In this document: positions 7,342 through 15,326 of the stretch, piece by piece
How positions within the stretch are numbered: position 1 is the stretch's first letter
Layout of the letters: every line of letters begins with the position of its first letter
IMG/VR virus record: IMGVR_UViG_3300048579_000117
Location: 1-52,829 of that record
Direction: 5' to 3' (one strand)
DNA: 52,829 nt
Source: a virus
The notes under the pieces: generated by a model
What the model saw: the letters and a program-made list of their open reading frames with translations, nothing else
Told to the model about the DNA's origin: nothing
Databases searched by the model: none
Translations under genes and position numbers: made by a program

Positions 7342-7347
7342 ATCGCT

Positions 7348-7617
7348 ATGAAAACCCTTCCGCAGCAATATCCCGCCCCGAAGATCGCCCGCGCCTGGGC
7401 CGATAGCAGCGAAACCCACATGGCTGTCGCGACAGCCATTCATGCGATCGCCGAGGGCTCGCGCACGCCTGAACTCATCTGGGAAGACCCGACGCCCGCC
7501 GAGTGGGACCACGTCTGCATGGCAGTCGAAAACTATGTCGGCACCGGTGTGTTTCCGCAGGAGGACGACGGCCGCTACCCGTGGGGCTGCGAAACTGTCG
7601 TGCTCGATCACCAGTAA
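7348..7617 (+). CDS. Hypothetical protein (89 aa)
   Basis: GGAG lies 6 nt before ATG 7348, the same spacing as for the 7111 gene. Acidic, Trp-containing, non-repetitive sequence. Confidence 0.6.
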   Translation: MKTLPQQYPAPKIARAWADSSETHMAVATAIHAIAEGSRTPELIWEDPTPAEWDHVCMAVENYVGTGVFPQEDDGRYPWGCETVVLDHQ

Positions 7618-7649
7618 TCCACCAGCAGCCCATCGGGCCGCTCAAGAAC

Positions 7650-8660
7650 ATGTCCAGTCCCCAGTTCGGCAAACGGCCCTGCCGCCCCCGCGATCATGTC
7701 GCGGCAGCAGCCCGTGACTATCCGCAGGCGTGGCGCCAGGCTGACGAGTTCCGTGCCGATCGCGGCCGCGGCCTACCCGACTGGCCTGCCTGGTGCTACC
7801 TGCCGCTGGCGGCGGCATACGCCATCGTGAGCGCCGACCTTCAGGTGGACCGACTGTCCGTCCAGCACGTGGGCGATGTTGCTCGCCTCGGGGCGCTGGC
7901 GGCTTGGCGTGTCACGCAAGGCATTTACCGGTTTGATCCGGCCCTGTACGCCGCCATCGTCGACACACCGGTTTCCGGCGACGTGCCGCACGACGTGCTT
8001 TATCGGCTGCCGGAGTGGTGCGTCTATGTCGAAACGCCCGGCGTGGCGTTGAACGATGGCCGTTTGTTCGGCTTCTTCGCCCACCTTGAATACGACGCCA
8101 ACACCGGACGGCCGGAACTGCGTCTGCTGCTGGACGCCGACACCGCGCTGGTGCCCGTGCCGCTGCACCTCGGGCCGTGGTCGCTGGCCGAATCGATATC
8201 GCGTGCGGTCGACGTGGCCCGCGTGCAGGCGACAGTCGGCGGCGGCATGCCCGACGGCGTCCCCAAGGTTCTGCGGGAGTGGGTCGAGCCGCTGGTTTCC
8301 CTGCTGCTCTATCTGTGCTCCCAGAACGCCGAGATCGGCGACGGGCAGCGCCGCCCTGCGAACCCTGAGCCGAAACGCACGAAATCAGGCTGGCGCCTCT
8401 TTCCGCCCGACAGGCCGACCACCTGGGATGTGGGGGTACGCCTGGGCAGCGCCTTGCGGGCGGCCTACCATGCAACGGAGACAGGGCAGGGCGGGACGCA
8501 TTCGGGCCCGCGTGCCCACATCCGGCGCGCCCACTGGCACGGCTACTGGATCGGGCCGCGAGAGGGTGAGAGACGGTTCGATCTGCGCTGGATGCCGCCG
8601 ATTCCGGTGAACGTCAATGACGTGGCCGATCTGCCGGCGACGGTGCGCCCGATGAAGTGA
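7650..8660 (+). CDS. Hypothetical protein (336 aa) with C-terminal RRAHWHGYWIGPR motif
   Basis: Long ORF with coding GC3 starting at ATG 7650. The track start 7503 adds an Arg/Pro-rich, noncoding-looking extension. Last gene before attP. Confidence 0.7.
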   Translation: MSSPQFGKRPCRPRDHVAAAARDYPQAWRQADEFRADRGRGLPDWPAWCYLPLAAAYAIVSADLQVDRLSVQHVGDVARLGALAAWRVTQGIYRFDPALYAAIVDTPVSGDVPHDVLYRLPEWCVYVETPGVALNDGRLFGFFAHLEYDANTGRPELRLLLDADTALVPVPLHLGPWSLAESISRAVDVARVQATVGGGMPDGVPKVLREWVEPLVSLLLYLCSQNAEIGDGQRRPANPEPKRTKSGWRLFPPDRPTTWDVGVRLGSALRAAYHATETGQGGTHSGPRAHIRRAHWHGYWIGPREGERRFDLRWMPPIPVNVNDVADLPATVRPMK

Positions 8661-8672
8661 TGCAAGGGAGCG

Positions 8673-8689
8673 CGCGACTTTTACGCGAC
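8673..8689 (+). repeat. 17-bp direct repeat CGCGACTTTTACGCGAC, left of the attP core (candidate arm-type Int site)
   Basis: Perfect copy at 8879-8895. Each copy is itself CGCGAC-N5-CGCGAC. Confidence 0.7.
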
Positions 8690-8781
8690 AGCGATGCACG
8701 AAACTGCGCTGTGTTGCACATGGTCGCGTGGCGAGCGCCGGCACATGTGGTTGAATCGAAAGCACTTCCATGCGGTCAGCC

Positions 8782-8829
8782 TGCATGGGGTGCAAGGGGT
8801 CGCGAGTTCGAATCCCGCCGCCCCGACCA
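8782..8829 (+). other. attP core: 3' portion (anticodon arm to CCA) of a tRNA-Pro(GGG) gene
   Basis: tgcatggggtgcaaggggtcgcgagttcgaatcccgccgccccgacca has the anticodon loop with GGG, a GGGGTC variable region, a TTCGAAT T-loop and the acceptor 3' strand CGCCCCG-A-CCA. The matching 5' acceptor strand CGGGGCG is absent upstream, so this is not a functional tRNA. It lies next to int. Confidence 0.75.
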
Positions 8830-8844
8830 TTAAATCAAAGACTT

Positions 8845-8872
8845 AGGCCACTTTCGCGAGTGGCCTTTTTTC
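8845..8872 (+). terminator. Rho-independent terminator (aggccac-loop-gtggcct + T6)
   Basis: 7-bp stem followed by TTTTTT, 16 nt after the tRNA-like CCA end. It is the terminator of the tRNA copy that integration would reconstitute. Confidence 0.75.
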
Positions 8873-8878
8873 TTTCTA

Positions 8879-8895
8879 CGCGACTTTTACGCGAC
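8879..8895 (+). repeat. 17-bp direct repeat CGCGACTTTTACGCGAC, right of the attP core
   Basis: Identical to 8673-8689. Abuts the int stop codon. Confidence 0.7.
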
Positions 8896-10086
8896 TCACG
8901 CCGCGGCAGTTCGCAGGATCGTCAGCGTCGGCGTCGTCCGGTTGGCGGTCGATACCTTATTCGCCTGCGCTATCAGGCCTTCCAGTTCGGCGGCCGAGTA
9001 GTGCGTGGTGACGCTGTCGGACTTGTGGCCCAGCAGCGCCTGACGATCTTCCTTCGGCACGCCGGCTGCGCGCAGCCGGCGCCCGAAGGTGTGCTTCAGG
9101 TCATGTACGCGCAGCTTCTTGAAGCCCTGCCGCGCGGGTTTTCCGAACTCGGCCTGCCAGGCATCGGCAGCCCGGTTGCGGGCGCTGCGCCAGGCGGTGG
9201 CGTTCATGCGGTGCAGCGGTCCACCCTCGTCGCCGTATGGGAACACCCATTCGTCGCACAGGCCACGCTGCCCCTCGATCACGCTACGCGCCACGTCGTT
9301 CAGCACCAGCACCCGGTATTCCCGGTTCTTGACGCCAGCCTGCTCGGACCGCCCGCCGAACTCCGGCGGCACGATGAACACGCTGGTGCCCAGCTCGGGC
9401 ACCTTCACTTCCCAGTCCCAGCGCAGCTTGCACACTTCCTGCTCGCGCGCCCCCGAATTGACGTTGAACAGCGCCATCCGTTCGAGGTAGTCCGGCAACT
9501 CGGCGAACAGCAGGCGCTGTTCATCCCAGTCCATCGGATACGGCTCGCGCGTTCTGCCGCGCTCGCCTTCCATCGTGATCGCCGGCACGACATCGATCCA
9601 GGCGCGCTTATTGGCATCGCGCCAGGTGCGTGCGCACAGATGCAGAATGCGCACGACGCGCTGCAGGGCGATGTTGATGGTGCGCGGTGACGATGGCTTC
9701 TTCGTCTTGCCGCTGGCCATCTTGCCGCCCTCGCGCATCCACTGGCGGAAGGGCTCCAGTGCGTCGTCGTCGATGTGCGTCACCGGCAGTTCGCCGATGA
9801 AAGGGTCCAACTGCTCCAGGTACGTGGCGGTGAGCCCGATTGACGGCATGTCCTGATTCTCCAGCAGGTAGCGCGTCGCGGCGTCGCGCCAGGTCTTCAC
9901 CTGCCGCACGCCGAAAAGCTGCTGCTGCCGGCGCTGGTCCAGCAGGTGAATCAGGATCTGCTCGGCTTCTTCGAGCGAACCAGTTCCAGTGCTCTGGTAA
10001 ATCCGTTCTCCTTTGAAGACCTTGTTGATGTGCCAGATGCCGTCCCTTTGCGTGAGGCCCGACATCCGCTTTCCCGTTCTCGCCAT
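8896..10086 (-). CDS. int: Tyrosine integrase
   Basis: 396 aa. C-terminal catalytic signature LRVHDLKHTFGRRL ... LLGHKSDSVTTHYS (R..HxxR..H..Y). AGGAGC RBS before ATG 10086. Adjacent to the tRNA-derived attP. Confidence 0.9.
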   Translation of the reverse strand: MARTGKRMSGLTQRDGIWHINKVFKGERIYQSTGTGSLEEAEQILIHLLDQRRQQQLFGVRQVKTWRDAATRYLLENQDMPSIGLTATYLEQLDPFIGELPVTHIDDDALEPFRQWMREGGKMASGKTKKPSSPRTINIALQRVVRILHLCARTWRDANKRAWIDVVPAITMEGERGRTREPYPMDWDEQRLLFAELPDYLERMALFNVNSGAREQEVCKLRWDWEVKVPELGTSVFIVPPEFGGRSEQAGVKNREYRVLVLNDVARSVIEGQRGLCDEWVFPYGDEGGPLHRMNATAWRSARNRAADAWQAEFGKPARQGFKKLRVHDLKHTFGRRLRAAGVPKEDRQALLGHKSDSVTTHYSAAELEGLIAQANKVSTANRTTPTLTILRTAAA

Positions 10087-10403
10087 GGTTTTTTTGCTCC
10101 TGCGTTTGCATGGCGGCGCTCGCTCGCGGGCTCAGGATTGCCCGGTCGCGGCGCCTTGTCAATTGCGTGGCGGGCGACGTATGCGTCCGCGAATGCGTCC
10201 AGTTCGTGCCGGTCGACCGCCTTGCCCTGCTTGCCGATCGGCACCACGCGCACGTGGGGGCGCACCGTCGCGTCGAACACGCGGCGGCACATGCCGAGGT
10301 AGGTGTGCGCACGGCTGATGCGGATGAGGCGCGGCCAGGGCTCAGGGCTTGCCCGGCGCGGGTGCGCCGTCGGCGCCGCGCTGGTGGCGGGTAGGGCGGT
10401 CAT
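9951..10403 (-). CDS. xis: Excisionase-like HTH protein; its 3' end overlaps the int start
   Basis: ATGA coupling at 10403. Core RLIRISRAHTYLGMCRRVFDATVRPHVRVVPIGKQGKAVDRHELDAF resembles Xis/AlpA-type winged HTH. The frame stays open to 9951, so about 45 low-GC3 codons overlap int. Confidence 0.55.
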   Translation of the reverse strand: MTALPATSAAPTAHPRRASPEPWPRLIRISRAHTYLGMCRRVFDATVRPHVRVVPIGKQGKAVDRHELDAFADAYVARHAIDKAPRPGNPEPASERRHANAGAKKPWRERESGCRASRKGTASGTSTRSSKENGFTRALELVRSKKPSRS

Positions 10404-10705
10404 CGGGGCGCCTCCGCGATGAGCGGTGTGGCCGTCGTCTGGTCGGGGATCAGAAGCGGCGTCCAGTGCGTGTGATAGCCCGGCCATTCGCTGTCGGTCG
10501 GGTCGCCGCACCAAGGGGGTTCGCAGATCGGCAGTACCCACCACAGCACTGCGCCCACGTCGTCATGCCATTCATCGAGCGGGCGCATCGTCTGGGCCGC
10601 CAGCGCTGCGGCGAACATTTCGGCGATGGCGCGCTCCCACGGTCCCTGATCAGGTTCGGTGCGGTGGCGGTGCAGGTAATGCAGCAGGCGTTCGTTCGGT
10701 GTCAC
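10400..10705 (-). CDS. Hypothetical protein (101 aa, Trp/Cys-rich C-terminus)
   Basis: GTG 10705 overlaps the upstream stop (GTGA). This is the sensible part of the 253-aa track ORF 10400..11161. Confidence 0.6.
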   Translation of the reverse strand: MTPNERLLHYLHRHRTEPDQGPWERAIAEMFAAALAAQTMRPLDEWHDDVGAVLWWVLPICEPPWCGDPTDSEWPGYHTHWTPLLIPDQTTATPLIAEAPR

Positions 10706-11046
10706 AGCGTCGCTTCCTCCGTGCCGTCGCGCTCGTCGTCGAAGATCAGCGCAGCCAGTTCTTCGATGGTCCGGATATCGCGCAGGGGCTCGCCCTTGAT
10801 CCCGGCGCGCATCGGACGCTTCCCGAACTCGTGTTCGAGCGCCCATGCTTCGAGCCAATCCATTGAGCAGCCGACCAGTTCTGCAGCCTGCACGGTCGCA
10901 AGATTCGCCATGGCGTAGATCGACTGGAGCAGGCGAGACTCCGGGCCTGCCTGGGTCAGGTCGATGAAGTCCGCCATCGCTTCGGCGAACTCTTTCAGTC
11001 GCGTTTCCCACTCGCGCAGCGCTTGCAGTTTCTGGTCGCGGGTCAT
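10702..11046 (-). CDS. Hypothetical protein (114 aa)
   Basis: ATGA coupling at both ends. Balanced composition. Confidence 0.7.
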   Translation of the reverse strand: MTRDQKLQALREWETRLKEFAEAMADFIDLTQAGPESRLLQSIYAMANLATVQAAELVGCSMDWLEAWALEHEFGKRPMRAGIKGEPLRDIRTIEELAALIFDDERDGTEEATL

Positions 11047-11240
11047 GGCGTAAGCCCCGAGTCGCGCATCGCATGCACCATTTCCACGTGCTCAAACATG
11101 CGCTCGGCGTAGTGCATCCAACGCGGTCGATACATACCGTCCTGGGCGCAGACCATTTCATGCGGGCTTTCGGACAGACGGAAACACATCTGCTCGGCCG
11201 CGTACTGATACTGAGCGAGTTGCCATTCTTGGACTGCCAT
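11043..11240 (-). CDS. Hypothetical protein (65 aa)
   Basis: GAGAGG RBS before ATG 11240 (the track uses GTG 11243). Confidence 0.6.
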   Translation of the reverse strand: MAVQEWQLAQYQYAAEQMCFRLSESPHEMVCAQDGMYRPRWMHYAERMFEHVEMVHAMRDSGLTP

Positions 11241-11295
11241 CACGCACCGCCTCTCGGAAAACCGTCATGCGTGCGGTCGTTGATTTGCACGCACG

Positions 11296-11730
11296 TCATC
11301 GCGTCACCCCTCGCCACACGTAATCGCCCTTGTCCTCGCGGATGGCCGGCTCATTGCCCTGGCACGGGCAGGTGTAGCCGCTCAGCCGGTCGGCGACTGG
11401 CCGCCAGAAGTTGCGCACGCGCCCGCTGGGCACGTGGTTGTCCTCGGTGGCATCGACCAGGTCGAACTGCGCCAGCACCCACAGGGCTTCGGCTGAAGAG
11501 CAGCGCTGTCCCATCTTGCTGACGCTGATGTGGTACTCCGGCCCCAGTTCCTCGCTGCCCGGCTCGACCTCAGTCACTTCGACGGCAGATAGCACGAACA
11601 GGCCGTTGCGATGTGCCCATGCTTCGACGGGGTAGCCCATGGCGGCGAGTTCGGGCGCGGGCTGCCACGATGTCGCACGACGCCAGCCGTCGCCTGTCGG
11701 GCGCTTGGGCTTGATGATGGATTCGCTCAC
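11296..11730 (-). CDS. Hypothetical protein (144 aa)
   Basis: GTGA overlap with the upstream gene. Coding-like composition. Confidence 0.65.
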   Translation of the reverse strand: MSESIIKPKRPTGDGWRRATSWQPAPELAAMGYPVEAWAHRNGLFVLSAVEVTEVEPGSEELGPEYHISVSKMGQRCSSAEALWVLAQFDLVDATEDNHVPSGRVRNFWRPVADRLSGYTCPCQGNEPAIREDKGDYVWRGVTR

Positions 11731-12839
11731 GTCCGCACCTCCGGAAACCCGTTGTGCTCGACGCCGTCGAGCAGGCGGCCGCCGGCCTTTTTGCCGACCC
11801 TGAACATCAGCGTGCGTCCGTCCAGGCGAACGCCGCCTGATTTCTCAAGGCGCTCCATCGTGTCAAATGGCGCTTGATAGCCGTCGGAGTATTTTTCCGT
11901 TTCACCGTTTGGCAGAACTCCAGCGCAGTCGCTATGCGGGCCTTCGCCGGGATCTTCTGGCGTCCACTCGCCCCACTGCTTGAACAGGAACGGCACGCGA
12001 GCAGCGGCGCACTGATCGCGCAGGTCGCGCGCCCATTGCGGATGCATCGGCCGCGCGCGTGGGCCGCTCTCGCCGCCGCAGATGACCCAGTCGAGGTAAC
12101 TGGCGGTGTCCGCTTCGTCGTCATCGGAGTCGTACAGGGCTGAGAAATGGTCCTCGGTTCCGCCGCTATGGCGGACGACGATATCTGTCAGGTCGATCGG
12201 CCCTAGCATCGGTTCGATCGACACGAACCGCACCGCCGCCGGCGTGGCCAGCAGCTTCGGTATGTCGCGGTCGGCCTCGGCCTGATTGCAGATCGTCGCG
12301 CCCAGCCAGACGTTCGCCGGTAGTCCGCACTTCTGCATACCAGGCGCTTCGATCATCCGCGCTACGTTCCCGATGCGCTTCGTCAGTAGTAGCCAGTCGA
12401 GGTTCGGGGTGTTGGCGATCAGAGCGAACAACTCGGCGCGCCACTCCGCCGGCACCTCATTGTCGAACACGTCCGCGAGGCTGGCGCAGAACACGCGCAT
12501 GCGTGCGGGCTCCATGTCGCGCGATCCGCAAGCGGGGCACTCTTGGCCGGTGTCCGTAATGCCCATGTTCGGACCAGCATCCATGAACGCTTTGCCATGG
12601 GAGCGGGTTCCACAACTGGCGCACTCGTAGAACGCCCGCTTGTTCCACCGCCCCGGATGCTTCCAGTTCGACGCGCTGGTCCGCTTCCGCGCCTGGCCGG
12701 CGCCCCACTGCACGACGTGGCGGCGCAGGTCGAAACCGCGCTCGGCGTAACAGTGGTCACATGCCGGGCTGATCTTCGTGCAGCCGATCCACGGGTTGAA
12801 CGTGGCGTCGCACCACTCGATGTTCGAGCGCTCAGCCAT
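11727..12839 (-). CDS. Gp37/Gp68 family (DUF5131) protein with an inserted zinc ribbon
   Basis: N-terminal SNIEWCDATFNPWIGCTKISPACDHCYAE is the family signature. Insert carries CASCG...CPACGS. ATGA start at 12839 (alternatives at 12851 and 12869). Confidence 0.8.
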   Translation of the reverse strand: MAERSNIEWCDATFNPWIGCTKISPACDHCYAERGFDLRRHVVQWGAGQARKRTSASNWKHPGRWNKRAFYECASCGTRSHGKAFMDAGPNMGITDTGQECPACGSRDMEPARMRVFCASLADVFDNEVPAEWRAELFALIANTPNLDWLLLTKRIGNVARMIEAPGMQKCGLPANVWLGATICNQAEADRDIPKLLATPAAVRFVSIEPMLGPIDLTDIVVRHSGGTEDHFSALYDSDDDEADTASYLDWVICGGESGPRARPMHPQWARDLRDQCAAARVPFLFKQWGEWTPEDPGEGPHSDCAGVLPNGETEKYSDGYQAPFDTMERLEKSGGVRLDGRTLMFRVGKKAGGRLLDGVEHNGFPEVRT

Positions 12840-13015
12840 CACTTCCACCATGCCCGCACGCGGTCCCATGCGAGGGACAGGCCCGTGATTCCAGCTAGCA
12901 GCAGGCCGGCCGCCAGCGCCAGGAGCGATGCGCCTGCGAAGACAACCCCGCAGATCGCGCCGATTACGGCGCCAACCTCGCGGGAATTTCTGATGTACGT
13001 GTCAAGTAGTTCCAT
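12839..13015 (-). CDS. Small membrane protein (58 aa)
   Basis: MELLDTYIRNSREVGAVIGAICGVVFAGASLLALAAGLLLAGITGLSLAW has two hydrophobic helices. TGATG coupling at 13015. The rest of the 171-aa track ORF is Arg/Gly junk. Confidence 0.55.
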   Translation of the reverse strand: MELLDTYIRNSREVGAVIGAICGVVFAGASLLALAAGLLLAGITGLSLAWDRVRAWWK

Positions 13016-13533
13016 CACGCATCGCCTTTCCGTGCGATGCGCGTCGACACCACTAAGGCATAGTTGCCCATGGCGAGCGGCACCAGTGGCTGCGTCTCGA
13101 TGGCGAGCACGATGCCCGCCGACAAGGCTCTCCATATCAATGCTTCGGCCTCGATCCGAACCGCCTTGTGGGCATCGTCGAGAGATTCCGGTAGCGGATT
13201 GATCGCACTGAGTGCCGCCTGAATTTTCGGGTGCGCCTGCAGCGTGTGGGCGTCCGGGTCCAGCAGTTCGTTGCGCGGATCGAGCACGACGGCCATGCCC
13301 ATGACCACGCGGAACAGCGATGCGCTGCGGCTCAGGTTGATCAGGTATTCGCACACGCGCCGGCAGTGCTCGGGGTCATCGATGCAGAACTTCTCATCCG
13401 CTTCGTCGGCGGGCGCCGGCTTGGCGATCTTCTGCGGCATGGCGGCGCCCCAGCGGCCGGACAGCGCTTCCAGCGCGTTCGCCAGTTCCATTGCCATTTC
13501 GATGTCGGCCTGTGATGCCCTTGCCATCTTCAT
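13015..13533 (-). CDS. Hypothetical protein (172 aa)
   Basis: ATGA coupling to the methyltransferase gene. Balanced composition. Confidence 0.7.
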   Translation of the reverse strand: MKMARASQADIEMAMELANALEALSGRWGAAMPQKIAKPAPADEADEKFCIDDPEHCRRVCEYLINLSRSASLFRVVMGMAVVLDPRNELLDPDAHTLQAHPKIQAALSAINPLPESLDDAHKAVRIEAEALIWRALSAGIVLAIETQPLVPLAMGNYALVVSTRIARKGDA

Positions 13534-15326
13534 GCTGTCCTCCGGATAGGTTCAATGCGCAGGTCGCCGCAGTTGGCGGCGATCAGGGCAGCCGCTGGCG
13601 GTGGGCTGACGCTGTTGCCGACCATGCGCACCTGCGCGGATTTGGGGAATCGGCGGCCGTCGTGGCCGACCTCGATCTGGTAGTCGGTCGGGAAGCCCTG
13701 GGCGCGGTACAGCTCGCGCGGCGTGAGCATGCGCAGGCCGATATCGACGATCAGGTAGGGCGTGCCCTTCAGGACCACGGTGACCAGCGCAAGGCGGTCG
13801 CGCGTGGTGACGGTGTTCATCGGGTCGCGCGGGTCGCATTCCTTGCCGTTGCCGTAGTAGGTGGTCAGGAAGGCCGCGACGCGCAGCGCGCCGGCTTCGT
13901 GCTCGGGGCTGAGCGTGCAGGTGACGGCGGCGTGGTGCCCGCCTGTTGTGATGGTCGGTACCGGATGGTTGAGTGTCCTCGCGTCGTGGCCGGTGGTGTT
14001 CGTGACGAGGACGGCGGACACCAGCTGCTGCTGGCTGCCGCTGTTGGTGATGGTGCTGGCCGGCCGGCGCAGGTCGTGCCCGGGCGTTTCGTTGAACCCG
14101 CCGTTGGCCTGCATGAGGTAGGCACACGCGGCGGCGTGCTTGCCGGTGCCGACGATGGTGCCCAGCGGGCCGGTGATGTCGAGGCTGCGCGGCGCCTGGC
14201 CTTCGCGTTCGCCGTAGCCGGTCTGCACCAGCGTGGCGGCCGCTATTCCCATGGCGTGTGCTGCCCCTGCCGGGCGCTGGCAGTTTCCGCCGGCCGTGAT
14301 GGTCGGAAGGGGCACGTCCAGTCGGGCGCCGTCGCTGTCGTGGCGGAACTTGGCCAAGGTCGGCGCGCACAGCGCGAACTCGCCGCGATGCGCCGTCGTG
14401 ATCGTGCGCAGCGGGTCGTCGATGTCGTTCACGCGGTCGCTGCCGTGGTGCGTGATCGGCACGATGAACGGGTCGGCGCTGTCCAGCACGAAGCGCTGTA
14501 TGCCGCGTGCGATGCGGCGCAGCGTGGCGTCGGCCAGCGGCTTCGCGCGCTCGAAGATGGACGGGCAGGGAATCGACCAGTCGATGCAGTCCGCCGCCGG
14601 CACCCAGCGCTTCTGACCGCGCGCCGGCTTCTTGTGGTGGGTCGGCTCGGGCCAGACGATGGGCTTGCCGTCGCAGCGCGCGACCATGAACAGCCGCTCG
14701 CGCGTTGTGCCAGCGCCGTAGTCCGCCGCGCACAGGATGCGACATTCGACCACGTAGCCCAGGGCCTGCAGGCTGCGCACGAAGGCACGCCACGTGACGC
14801 CTTCGCGGGCCGGGTCGGGGACGAGGAACTGATCGCGGCGGGCGACGTGCTCGCCGGGTGCAGCGACCGTGCCGCAGCGCTTCAGCACGCGGCCGGTGGC
14901 CTTGTCGCGCTTCGCGATCAGCGGGCCCCATTTCAGAATCTGCCGCACGTTCTCCAGCGTGATGACGCGCGGGCGTACCTGGCCGGCCCAGCGCCGGCCG
15001 ATCCACGTCAGCGCGCGAATGCGTTCGTCGCGCGGCTGGCCGCCGGCCGCCTGGCTGTGGTGCGTGCAGTCGGGCGAGAGGTGCAGGTAACCGACCGGGC
15101 GGCCCTGCGTGGCGCCGCGCGGGCACACCTCGAACACGTCCGCGACGAAGTGCCGGGTCTGCGGGTGGTTCGCGCGGTGCATGCTCAGCGCGTCGTCGTT
15201 GTGGTTGATGGCGATATCGGGCGAGCGGCCGAGCGCCTGTTCGCAGGCGATGCTCAGCCCGCCGCCACCGGCGAACAGATCCACGATCAGTTCATCGTCG
15301 AGCAGCAGGCGGTGCTGGCGCTTCAT
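13530..15326 (-). CDS. DNA (cytosine-5) methyltransferase, unusually large (598 aa)
   Basis: Motif I DLFAGGGG, motif IV SPDCTHHS, motif VI TLENV, and C-terminal QGFP and GNSVSPP. About 330 residues separate the catalytic core from motifs IX/X. Confidence 0.9.
   Translation of the reverse strand: MKRQHRLLLDDELIVDLFAGGGGLSIACEQALGRSPDIAINHNDDALSMHRANHPQTRHFVADVFEVCPRGATQGRPVGYLHLSPDCTHHSQAAGGQPRDERIRALTWIGRRWAGQVRPRVITLENVRQILKWGPLIAKRDKATGRVLKRCGTVAAPGEHVARRDQFLVPDPAREGVTWRAFVRSLQALGYVVECRILCAADYGAGTTRERLFMVARCDGKPIVWPEPTHHKKPARGQKRWVPAADCIDWSIPCPSIFERAKPLADATLRRIARGIQRFVLDSADPFIVPITHHGSDRVNDIDDPLRTITTAHRGEFALCAPTLAKFRHDSDGARLDVPLPTITAGGNCQRPAGAAHAMGIAAATLVQTGYGEREGQAPRSLDITGPLGTIVGTGKHAAACAYLMQANGGFNETPGHDLRRPASTITNSGSQQQLVSAVLVTNTTGHDARTLNHPVPTITTGGHHAAVTCTLSPEHEAGALRVAAFLTTYYGNGKECDPRDPMNTVTTRDRLALVTVVLKGTPYLIVDIGLRMLTPRELYRAQGFPTDYQIEVGHDGRRFPKSAQVRMVGNSVSPPPAAALIAANCGDLRIEPIRRTA

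Noticed and set aside
8745-8829. A complete tRNA or tmRNA gene next to the integrase
   Set aside because: Only the anticodon-arm-to-CCA portion is present. The 5' acceptor strand CGGGGCG and the D-arm are absent upstream. The 3' end CGCCCCGACCA does not fit tmRNA, which would need a GGGG... 5' partner. It is interpreted as the attP core.
10400-11161. Single 253-aa gene 10400..11161(-)
   Set aside because: Its N-terminal two thirds overlap the better ORF 10702..11046 in another frame and look noncoding. Only the GTGA-coupled last 101 codons (10400..10705) were kept.
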